A DNA stretch of 64,000 nucleotides from Schmidtea nova (taxonomy: Eukaryota): assembly GCA_044892505.1 (NCBI GenBank), contig CM097884.1, positions 2,108,001-2,172,000 of the forward strand, given 5' to 3'. Position numbers and translations under genes: made by a program. Below, piece by piece: positions 54,925 to 64,000 of the stretch. Within the stretch, counting starts at the first letter, position 1; the number at the start of each line of letters is the position of its first letter. The notes beneath the pieces are model-generated. The model was not told where the DNA came from and did no database searches. It saw only the letters and a list, made by a program, of their open reading frames with translations.

Positions 54925-55293
54925 AATTTATAAACATACAAATAATTACTTTTTTTCCTCTAAAACTGTAAATAAAAATTAAAGTAAATATTTTGTAAAG
55001 TAATTTTAAATAAAAATTTTTTTTTTTTTCTCTAAATCTGATAAATTGTCTCTGAGAGTTGTTGGAGTAAGAGACCAAATTGTCTGCGATGCTTGTTATA
55101 TAATTTAGACCTCTCAAATACTGAAGAAAGCAGTCGCAAAGCTGGATGACGATATCCAAAGATACAGAAAAACTCCTGCAGATAGAACAATTATATATAT
55201 ATATTTGTTATGTGATTGTTTGAGGACTAATCCATGTTGATTAGATCATCTGTACAAAAATATTCAAATTTGTTATATTTAATAAATGTTTTA

Positions 55294-55347
55294 TATGATA
55301 CTCGCTTAGGGTGCGAGTGGTCCCGGGTTCAAATCCCGGCTGAGCCC
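55294..55347 (+). pseudogene. trnP: 3' half of tRNA-Pro interrupted by E7
   Basis: tRNA nt 19-72. Confidence 0.95.
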
Positions 55348-55699
55348 TTTATTTTTTACAAAACGATACAAATTTCAAATTCGACTTTCGACGAAATTAT
55401 CATCGGTTATTTATCGAATGAATATCGGGAAAAAGAGAAAAGCGTAAAATTCAAAATATAAAGACAACAACATGAAGAATTGACGAGAATACAAGTTTAA
55501 TCAAATACAAGGTTCGATTGAGTTTGTGATGAAAGAAAACGAAAATTGGGAAATGGGAATTAAGATTAAAAAAATCTATTACAACAAAAAGAGGACATTT
55601 GTTGAATTGAATAATTGAAAAATCACGTGACAAAACATGAAATGGATGATGATTTATTGAAAATAATTAAGACGGTCAACTTTTGATGAATTGACATGA

Positions 55700-55720
55700 G
55701 GCTCAGTGGTCTAGGGGTAT
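55700..55720 (+). pseudogene. trnP: 5' half of tRNA-Pro interrupted by E8 (the unit adjacent to E7)
   Basis: tRNA nt 1-21. Confidence 0.95.
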
Positions 55721-55800
55721 AATTTCGTAGGAAAAGAAAGACTGATTGTGAATTTAAAATTATAGATTACTGAATAATTGAATTGCTAAAGAAGAAAAAC

Positions 55801-58440
55801 ATGCCTCAATCACTTGCTGCTCTGTCAACTGCTGCTGATGTGTTGACTCAGTCTATTGAAAATCAGTCAACTGTGACGAAGCATTGTGCATTGGAAAACA
55901 TTGTTAAATGTCAAATTTCCAACTTGCAATGTTTTCAGTCTTTTTTGGATAACTTTTTTCAATTGCATTGTGGAAATCGTTCTTCTGCATCAGTTCTTTC
56001 TGATGCTAATGCAAATCAACGGAGTTCTTCCTTCGATCAAGGATCAAAAAATTCTCAAGGACAATCTGAGAACATGCCAATTTCTTATCCTGATATTGAG
56101 AATAAATTTCCTAACTCAAAGGATTTATTGATTGTCAAGCGCCTGGATTCATTGGAGGCTCTATTTTTGAACATGGCTGAAAAGGTAGATTATTTGGTTT
56201 CTTGTTTTAATGGCTCTGTAGATAATTTATCAGATTTTCGTAAAATAAATGAAAATATTTTAAATAATTATCTTTTTAATAAAAATAAAGTTCTTGATAT
56301 AAAAGATAATATAAATGTAAATAATATATGTTCTAATAAATTAAATACTTTGGATTCTTCTGAAAATAATAGTGTAAATAAAACAAATATTTTATCAGAT
56401 GTATATAATAATAAGATCCTTAATTCGAATAGTAAATTTTCTAATAATTCTCCTGAAGATAAATTTAAAAATGTAAATATTTCAAGAGATAATGCTTCAA
56501 TTGATTTAAATAACGCGAAAATTATTCCAACTGAAAACCTAGAAATAATTATCAAAAATAATAAAAAATCCGTTAAAATCATAGACTCTAGTAAAACAAA
56601 TAAAAACAAAATTGATAAATTTGAATTTAAAAGTCTGGTTCGTATTTTAACGAAAAGAGAACGCCAGCAAATCTTGAATGCTTTTCCTGCCTTGATACAA
56701 ATGATTAAAAAGAAGGAATCGCAAAATAAATATATTGAAATAAATAAATTTCTTTCTGGTAAAGAATGTAATGTTAATATCCTAAATGTAAATAATTTTG
56801 AATATTTCTTTTATAGGAATTTCAATATTTGTGTGTCCTTAAAATTGAATGAGGCTTCTGTAATTTCATCAGCACCGAAACCCGTTGTTTCAAAAACTAT
56901 TAAATTAATTGACCATAATATCGTCAAAATAGATTCTGAAATCGCTGACTTTGTTCAAGCTCCAATGTCAATTCGAAAATTTCTATTCAATCTTTCGGAT
57001 GATCTTTCAAACACTGTTTCCATCAAGGATGATAAACATAGGGGAAATAAAATAAATAGCATTCTTACTTCGATGAAACAAAAACAACAACTGCCAGATT
57101 ATTTAATAAAATCTAATATTAAATACGAAAATGGCGAGTTTTTATTATTAGATTTAACTAACTCAGATGTCAAATTGAAAGACGATAATAATTTATTAAA
57201 ATCAAATTTTTCTGAACTTTCTAGAAGTCAGATTAAGAATCTTTACAATTCATATCCTTCTCTTAAGGAAGTTTGTTTCGTTGAAAATCTAGAAACAAGA
57301 TCCTCATCAGTTAGTAAAATGATTGACTCTTTAAAAATTAATAATGAATTTCCAAAAAATATAATTTATAAAGAGGGTAAATTTTATCAATCTGATAAAA
57401 AACTAATTTCTCCCAGTAGTTCTCCTGACATAATGTTCAACCTTGGTCTGTTTGATTTAGCTAGTATGAGTAAAAAAGATAGTGAGTTAAAATCCATCTT
57501 AGAGAAGACTGGTTGTGACTTTAAAATAGTTGAAATAATATTCTACCTCAACTATTTGGGTTTGACTCGATCTTTGGATTTTAGCAAAAATCAAATTTAT
57601 TCTGATTATGTAAGGAATTACATCTGTAATTGCGGCTTAATAAACTCACTCTGTAGTATTGCTGATGTTGATTTGCTTTCACCTGAGGATTTTGAGGGTT
57701 GGGCGACCGAAATTGTTCAGAAAATCCCAGTTTCTTCCTATTACTTCAATAGCTGTCAGGAAAAGCTTTTAAAGTTGAAACAATGGGACATTTCAACTAA
57801 AATCAAAAAAATCCATAACGTTATTTCACCTGAAATAATTTCTTATTTAAATAAATTTCTTAACTCTGTAGACGTAAAATTTCCAGCTAAATCTCAACAA
57901 AATAATATTTTAATTAAATTAATGAAAGTTATCAATGACATTAAAATTGTTGATGACATACACGGAAATAAAGCAAAAAGACTTGTTTACTTTTTGCTGA
58001 GAGACGCCAAGATATATTTGAATAAAAATAAACGATTTAGATTATTTGAATCGAGCAATAAATATTGCACTTCAGAAATGGGGAAATTAATTATAGTGAT
58101 AATTGAGAACCTCAACAAAGTTACTGACAATGAAATTATTACTCCTACAAGCACAGTTGAAGAAAAGCCAATTGAAAAAATTTTTGATCCTGAACCTATT
58201 GTTTTGATTGAAGAAAAAAGTTGCTTAAGATGCAACAATATCATTGACAATTGCATTCTAGTTAGAGATGGAACAAACATCAACATCTGTGAAAGTTGCA
58301 TATTTGATGCAATCTCTTCTGCGAAGCCGATTACCGAAGCTCCTCATTCAGATATAGAAGAAGATATAGAAATAATTAGTAAGAAATCTTGTCCAAAAAC
58401 CAGAAAAACAGACAAGAAAACATCAACAAAAGCGAAATGA
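55801..58440 (+). CDS. E8 ORF1 (intact)
   Basis: Open from the ATG of MPQS. Confidence 0.87.
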   Translation: MPQSLAALSTAADVLTQSIENQSTVTKHCALENIVKCQISNLQCFQSFLDNFFQLHCGNRSSASVLSDANANQRSSSFDQGSKNSQGQSENMPISYPDIENKFPNSKDLLIVKRLDSLEALFLNMAEKVDYLVSCFNGSVDNLSDFRKINENILNNYLFNKNKVLDIKDNINVNNICSNKLNTLDSSENNSVNKTNILSDVYNNKILNSNSKFSNNSPEDKFKNVNISRDNASIDLNNAKIIPTENLEIIIKNNKKSVKIIDSSKTNKNKIDKFEFKSLVRILTKRERQQILNAFPALIQMIKKKESQNKYIEINKFLSGKECNVNILNVNNFEYFFYRNFNICVSLKLNEASVISSAPKPVVSKTIKLIDHNIVKIDSEIADFVQAPMSIRKFLFNLSDDLSNTVSIKDDKHRGNKINSILTSMKQKQQLPDYLIKSNIKYENGEFLLLDLTNSDVKLKDDNNLLKSNFSELSRSQIKNLYNSYPSLKEVCFVENLETRSSSVSKMIDSLKINNEFPKNIIYKEGKFYQSDKKLISPSSSPDIMFNLGLFDLASMSKKDSELKSILEKTGCDFKIVEIIFYLNYLGLTRSLDFSKNQIYSDYVRNYICNCGLINSLCSIADVDLLSPEDFEGWATEIVQKIPVSSYYFNSCQEKLLKLKQWDISTKIKKIHNVISPEIISYLNKFLNSVDVKFPAKSQQNNILIKLMKVINDIKIVDDIHGNKAKRLVYFLLRDAKIYLNKNKRFRLFESSNKYCTSEMGKLIIVIIENLNKVTDNEIITPTSTVEEKPIEKIFDPEPIVLIEEKSCLRCNNIIDNCILVRDGTNINICESCIFDAISSAKPITEAPHSDIEEDIEIISKKSCPKTRKTDKKTSTKAK

Positions 58441-58446
58441 AGATGT

Positions 58447-61400
58447 GTGCCTGCATCAGCTCAATCTTCTGCGAATCCCTCTAACGAGACTGATGCAGAA
58501 AGCACATTAAAAAACAATCTTTCAAATATCGATGATCGTGATCCTGAAGTGTGGTTTTCTGATAATGATATTGATTGGTATCTAGAAAACCACATTGACA
58601 ATCCAAAGCATGGATACATTAAATGCTTTATAGTAAATATCATCTGTTCTAACATTACAGAAGATATTGTTAAAATTCCACCTTCTATTACCAATGCTGA
58701 AATTGTGTTTTGTCCACTTAATATTAACAATTCGCACTGGATTCTTTTTGTTTATTGTAAGAAAATGCTGTCTTCTTACTTTATTGACCCAATCTTTGCG
58801 AACAAACAAAAGCCAATCAATAAACAAATGGCTCAAAGAATTAATCTAAAACTGAATACATTTTTCAATCTAAATGTATCAGTTTCCCGTCATCCACACA
58901 AACATCTTGAATATCAGAATAACAGCTTTGACTGTGGCCCATTTACGTGTGCTTATGCTGTGATTATCAGTAAAGATTTGAACAGCTTTCCAAATGGGTT
59001 CATAGAGAAAATTCGTACCAGTGTGCATGAAAATCAAAATCGTATGCAAATAACCGAATCCACCTTATTTGCTGGTACTAATTCCAAGATGGACTTGACC
59101 AAAATAAATATCAAGAAAGCTCTTGCAAAAAAGAAAGTTATCACCAACACCTCAGATATGACCAAAGTATTGAACACTCAAAAACCGTGTGTGTCATCAA
59201 TAATTAGTAAATATTACGAAAGTAATTCTAAAATAACAGTATTATCTGCTGAACTAACTTTAAACCTAATTGCACAAAATAACTCCTTCATAGCTGATAA
59301 TGTCACTTTCAAGCAGTTCAAAGGAATCGATCATGTTATAAGCATCATTCCTAAATTTAACGATTGGTGTCTCTTTGTCTATTCGATTAAACTTGACAGG
59401 AGCTACATGTTCGACTTCAATTATCGAAACATTGATGAAAGGCTAATTGAAATTGGTGAAAAGATAACTGAATATCTGAATCAATTCACTCTTGTTTCTA
59501 AAATAAAATTCACACCTCATCATAGAATTTCTCATTCAACATTTCATTCTTATGATGATCAATATTTTGCAAGTTCTTTTATTGTATTTTTTGAGAAACT
59601 TGTCTTTGAAAGAATACTGGACAATGATAAGGTTTATGACTCATTAAGTGCTTTAAAATATCAGTCTTGTAAAGATCTTTCTCCTAGCCTAAGTTTCATT
59701 AATGGTAAAATATCCGACAAAATTATTGAGGAATATTTTGCTAGCCTAAACTTATCGACCAAATATATTCTTCTAAACACAACAATGTGTAGTGCACTTT
59801 CAGATGATTGCACTGAATACTTGAAAGACTTTGTAAACATTGAGTGCATGATGAAGGCCACTGTTATCTTTGTAATCATTTCTCCTCCAAGAGCCCACGA
59901 CTTGCTCATGGTTATTGATTACGACGCTGATGAGCACTATTTATTAAGCCCAGTCACTAATGACTTGTTCGTTATGACTGAAGGATTCTGCTATAAATTA
60001 CTAATTAAAATTAATGAGATTAGAGAGAGCACAGGACGTGCTTTGAAATCGCGTAATTGTCGACATGACGTTAAAGGTTCTGGCTTATTTAGTAGGTTAT
60101 TAATCTGTGCCTTTATTAAATATTATGCATTTGACCGATCTCTAGAAAATATCAACCTACATGAAATTGGCAAAATTATCTACTCACTTGTGCCATTAGT
60201 TGATAAAAATGATAATGCTGAGGAAGAAAGACGACTAAAATCAAAAGCTGTAAACTCTTTAAAACTAAATTTAAAACAGCGAATAGAAAAAGCGAATAAT
60301 CTTATAATTTCACTTGAACACGCCAGTATTGATGAAATCATAAGTGGCATTCTTTCAAATATTCCTCGCCTTAAAGATTTGAACACCGAACACATTCGTA
60401 CACCATATTTAGGTACTAAAATAGAAAAAGCTAGGAAATTCAAAAATTCCACTGAATTTCTGTCAAACATGAAAAAGACTGTGTATAGGATTTTGGGTAA
60501 CAACACAGAATCGATTGCACCTCCTTTCCAGGAAATTATTGACACTTTCAGTCATCCTGATACATTACCTAGAAATTGGGAAAACATCTTAAAGTTTACA
60601 AAAACTTCTAAAACTAGTCTTGAATTAAATCCAATGACACCTAAAGAAATCCTGTCAAGTCTTGGCAAAGCTGACAACACTTCTCCAGGTCTTGATAATG
60701 TCTGTTATAAAGATCTTTTGCTATTAGACCCTGAATGTAAATTGTTAACTTTTCTTTACAATAAAATCCTAAAATTAGATATTATTCCCACAAGTTGGAA
60801 ATCATTTAAAACTATACTGATTCCAAAACCAGATAAAAATGGCCAATATCATAAAATATCTTCTTGGCGACCAATTGCTTTATTATCTGTGATTTACAAA
60901 GTTTTCGCTTCAGTTTTGGCCAATCGCCTTAGTTTGTGGATAAGAAATAATTCCATGTTACATATTGGCCAAAAGGGTGGTTCAGAATACGAAGGATGTA
61001 TTGAACACAACTCTATCCTTTCTGCTATCGTCGAACACTCAAAATATAGCACATCATCACCTTTAACGATAGCTTGGCTAGACATCAAAGATGCCTTTGG
61101 AAGTGTGCCACATGATTACATGTGGACACTATTAAAACACATAAATGTTAGTGATAGATTTGTGAGCATTTTAAAACTGCTCTATACTGACACGAGCTCG
61201 TTCTATTGTTGCAATAAAATGCAGACACCAGACATTCCAATAAAGAAAGGTGTTAAACAAGGTTGTCCGATCTCAATGATATTGTTTGCAATAGCTATTA
61301 ACCCAGTACTTGACGCTATTAATTTGTCAAACGTCAATCCTTTTATGATAGGAACGTCTCCGGTACAGGTGTTGGCTTATGCGGATGATATCGCACTTAT

Positions 61401-63057
61401 CGCGACTAATACCTCTGATCTTCAGAAACTCATAGACGTTGCTGTAAATACCGCCAAAACAATTGCATTTGAATATCGTCCAGAAAAGTGCGCTTATATG
61501 CAATATCCTAAAATAGAAACTGTAAGCGAGATCTCTGTCAACAATATACTCATCAAAAAGATTGCAACAAATGAATTTTACCAATACTTGGGAGTACCAA
61601 TAGGTGACAATAATGATCAAAGTCCCTATGAAATTGTTAGCAAAGTAATTGAAGACACAAAGAAAATAGCAAATTCTGATCTTTACGGCTGGCAAAAACT
61701 TAAAGCGTATAAGGTCTTTCTGCACTCTCGTTTGATCTTTCCATTTAGAACTAGGGAAATCAAAACAAGTTCTTTGACTGATTCAAGTAAAAATTCAAAA
61801 ATCAATGTAAATAATACGAGTATCTTGAGAAGTCAGTTTAGAAAAATATTGAACTTGCCACACTATTCTGAGATTAGCTATTTCTATAATTCTACTGAAA
61901 ATGGCGGTGCAGGTTGCATAGACTTACTTGACGAATATCATACACAGACGATTGTTTACTTTTTCCGTCTCCTAACATCAACGTGCGAATATTCGAAAAA
62001 GATAAATACTGACTCGTTGTTATTTGTCACAAGACCTAGACTTGGAATCAAAGATCCAGTTCTTAAACAAAGTTTAGAATGGATAAATGGAAAGGATAGT
62101 AAGAAAAATCACAGCGGATGCAAAACCCGATTTTATCGACTGCGATCATCTATTGCTTACTTTGCAAAAGTCCACAACATTAAACTGTTATTCGAAACAG
62201 TCAAAAATAATCCTTCGATTCGAATAACCACTACACTTACAGGAACACGCATATTATTACCGACATTAAGAAAAGCACTGTCAATGATTCTTCATTCAGC
62301 TCTTCAAGACTCATATCTTGAAAAATGGGAAAAAAGCAATCACAATAATCTGCTTATATCTGCGATTAAACTTTGTCCACTTGTTAACAAACTTATTTTC
62401 CGCAGTGACTTGACTGAATTTGAATGGAGATTCGTCCATCGAGCTAGAACAAATACACTTTCGACATTTGCAAAACCACATAAAACCGGTGAAAATCGTC
62501 TTTGTCGTAGATGTAAGGTTGAAGACGAAACTATCCTACACGTTCTTCAAACCTGTAAAATGAACAAATCTCTAGCAACTAATCGACATAACGCTTGCTT
62601 AGAAAAAATAAAAAACGAGTTGAAAAATCCAAACTTGTTAGTTGTTGCGGACCATAAATGTTCTCTTGTACCAACATCCTCTGAGCGCGTTGATTTAATA
62701 ATAACCAATAATGAGAAAAAGACGATATTATTGGTAGACATGAAATGTCCAATTGATTCTTTGCCCAACTTTGACTTGGCTGATAAAATGAATATTGAAA
62801 AATATGAAAAACTGAGATCCGAAATTAAACTAGCCAAGCCCGATTATAAAGTTGAGTTGTTTACTTGCATCATAGGCTCTTTAGGTTCCATTGAAGTAAA
62901 GACTCCTGATCTTCTAGTTAAAATGGGCGTAAAAGAAAATAATGTTAAACGTCTGATGAAAGAGTGTGCAATAAGCAATATTGCGCACTCGGCCAAAATT
63001 TGGTTCTTTCACACCAATGGCTTTCTACCAGATGATACAAGACAAACGTGTAAATAA
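58447..63057 (+). CDS. E8 ORF2 (intact)
   Basis: Translation same as E7 ORF2. Confidence 0.93.
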   Translation: MPASAQSSANPSNETDAESTLKNNLSNIDDRDPEVWFSDNDIDWYLENHIDNPKHGYIKCFIVNIICSNITEDIVKIPPSITNAEIVFCPLNINNSHWILFVYCKKMLSSYFIDPIFANKQKPINKQMAQRINLKLNTFFNLNVSVSRHPHKHLEYQNNSFDCGPFTCAYAVIISKDLNSFPNGFIEKIRTSVHENQNRMQITESTLFAGTNSKMDLTKINIKKALAKKKVITNTSDMTKVLNTQKPCVSSIISKYYESNSKITVLSAELTLNLIAQNNSFIADNVTFKQFKGIDHVISIIPKFNDWCLFVYSIKLDRSYMFDFNYRNIDERLIEIGEKITEYLNQFTLVSKIKFTPHHRISHSTFHSYDDQYFASSFIVFFEKLVFERILDNDKVYDSLSALKYQSCKDLSPSLSFINGKISDKIIEEYFASLNLSTKYILLNTTMCSALSDDCTEYLKDFVNIECMMKATVIFVIISPPRAHDLLMVIDYDADEHYLLSPVTNDLFVMTEGFCYKLLIKINEIRESTGRALKSRNCRHDVKGSGLFSRLLICAFIKYYAFDRSLENINLHEIGKIIYSLVPLVDKNDNAEEERRLKSKAVNSLKLNLKQRIEKANNLIISLEHASIDEIISGILSNIPRLKDLNTEHIRTPYLGTKIEKARKFKNSTEFLSNMKKTVYRILGNNTESIAPPFQEIIDTFSHPDTLPRNWENILKFTKTSKTSLELNPMTPKEILSSLGKADNTSPGLDNVCYKDLLLLDPECKLLTFLYNKILKLDIIPTSWKSFKTILIPKPDKNGQYHKISSWRPIALLSVIYKVFASVLANRLSLWIRNNSMLHIGQKGGSEYEGCIEHNSILSAIVEHSKYSTSSPLTIAWLDIKDAFGSVPHDYMWTLLKHINVSDRFVSILKLLYTDTSSFYCCNKMQTPDIPIKKGVKQGCPISMILFAIAINPVLDAINLSNVNPFMIGTSPVQVLAYADDIALIATNTSDLQKLIDVAVNTAKTIAFEYRPEKCAYMQYPKIETVSEISVNNILIKKIATNEFYQYLGVPIGDNNDQSPYEIVSKVIEDTKKIANSDLYGWQKLKAYKVFLHSRLIFPFRTREIKTSSLTDSSKNSKINVNNTSILRSQFRKILNLPHYSEISYFYNSTENGGAGCIDLLDEYHTQTIVYFFRLLTSTCEYSKKINTDSLLFVTRPRLGIKDPVLKQSLEWINGKDSKKNHSGCKTRFYRLRSSIAYFAKVHNIKLLFETVKNNPSIRITTTLTGTRILLPTLRKALSMILHSALQDSYLEKWEKSNHNNLLISAIKLCPLVNKLIFRSDLTEFEWRFVHRARTNTLSTFAKPHKTGENRLCRRCKVEDETILHVLQTCKMNKSLATNRHNACLEKIKNELKNPNLLVVADHKCSLVPTSSERVDLIITNNEKKTILLVDMKCPIDSLPNFDLADKMNIEKYEKLRSEIKLAKPDYKVELFTCIIGSLGSIEVKTPDLLVKMGVKENNVKRLMKECAISNIAHSAKIWFFHTNGFLPDDTRQTCK

Positions 63058-63426
63058 AATTTATAAACATACAAATAATTACTTTTTTTCCTCTAAAACT
63101 GTAAATAAAAATTAAAGTAAATATTTTGTAAAGTAATTTTAAATAAAAATTTTTTTTTTTTTCTCTAAATCTGATAAATTGTCTCTGAGAGTTGTTGGAG
63201 TAAGAGACCAAATTGTCTGCGATGCTTGTTATATAATTTAGACCTCTCAAATACTGAAGAAAGCAGTCGCAAAGCTGGATGACGATATCCAAAGATACAG
63301 AAAAACTCCTGCAGATAGAACAATTATATATATATATTTGTTATGTGATTGTTTGAGGACTAATCCATGTTGATTAGATCATCTGTACAAAAATATTCAA
63401 ATTTGTTATATTTAATAAATGTTTTA

Positions 63427-63480
63427 TATGATACTCGCTTAGGGTGCGAGTGGTCCCGGGTTCAAATTCCGGCTGAGCCC
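63427..63480 (+). pseudogene. trnP: 3' half of tRNA-Pro interrupted by E8 (C>T in the T stem at 63468)
   Basis: TTCAAATTCCGG instead of TTCAAATCCCGG. Confidence 0.93.
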
Positions 63481-63832
63481 TTTATTTTTTACAAAACGAT
63501 ACAAATTTCAAATTCGACTTTCGACGAAATTATCATCGGTTATTTATCGAATGAATATCGGGAAAAAGAGAAAAGCGTAAAATTCAAAATATAAAGACAA
63601 CAACATGAAGAATTGACGAGAATACAAGTTTAATCAAATACAAGGTTCGATTGAGTTTGTGATGAAAGAAAACGAAAATTGGGAAATGGGAATTAAGATT
63701 AAAAAAATCTATTACAACAAAAAGAGGACATTTGTTGAATTGAATAATTGAAAAATCACGTGACAAAACATGAAATGGATGATGATTTATTGAAAATAAT
63801 TAATACGGTCAACTTTTGATGAATTGACAAGA

Positions 63833-63904
63833 GGCTCAGTGGTCTAGGGGTATGATACTCGCTTAGGGTGCGAGTGGTCCCGGGTTCAAATCCCGGCTGA
63901 GCCC
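63833..63904 (+). tRNA. trnP: tRNA-Pro(AGG), intact
   Basis: Identical cloverleaf. Confidence 0.97.
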
Positions 63905-64000
63905 TTTATTTTTTACAAAACGATACAAATTTCAAATTCGACTTTCGACGAAATTATCATCGGTTATTTATCGAATGAATATCGGGAAAAAGAGAAAAGC

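Larger units (their letters stand above)
47588..55293 (+). mobile_element. E7: full-length element, ORF1 nonsense at codon 9, ORF2 intact
   Basis: Same termini; TCA>TAA at 47692-47694. Confidence 0.95.
55721..63426 (+). mobile_element. E8: full-length element, both ORFs intact
   Basis: ORF1 55801-58440 and ORF2 58447-63057 both open. Confidence 0.95.

Overview
This AT-rich eukaryotic (probably invertebrate) window is a tandem array of tRNA-Pro(AGG) genes (424-bp unit, with a 415-bp variant). It has been colonised by one family of site-specific non-LTR retrotransposon of the restriction-like endonuclease (RLE) type, NeSL/R5-like. Eight copies are present: E1 is only the 3' tail and E2-E8 are full length at about 7.7 kb. 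All lie in the same orientation as the tRNA and all interrupt it at the same D-loop site (TAT, nt 19-21). Twelve tRNA genes remain intact and eight are split. Each element has an 80-nt 5' UTR and ORF1 (about 880 aa: coiled coil, tandem repeats, C4 zinc finger). A single in-frame TGA follows, and directly after it an 18-bp stem-loop. ORF2 (1536 aa) lacks a usable AUG and encodes one catalytically intact and two degenerate Ulp1-like protease domains, RT, a CCHC knuckle and an RLE. A structured 3' UTR of about 370 nt ends the element with no poly(A). The most notable inference is gag-pro-pol-like stop-codon readthrough giving a polyprotein of about 2,420 aa in a tRNA-targeting LINE. The window also has a 240-N gap and an apparently identical duplication of at least 10.9 kb (offset 17,685 bp) that may be an assembly artefact. 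All analysis was by eye, with no database searches, so novelty is unverified.
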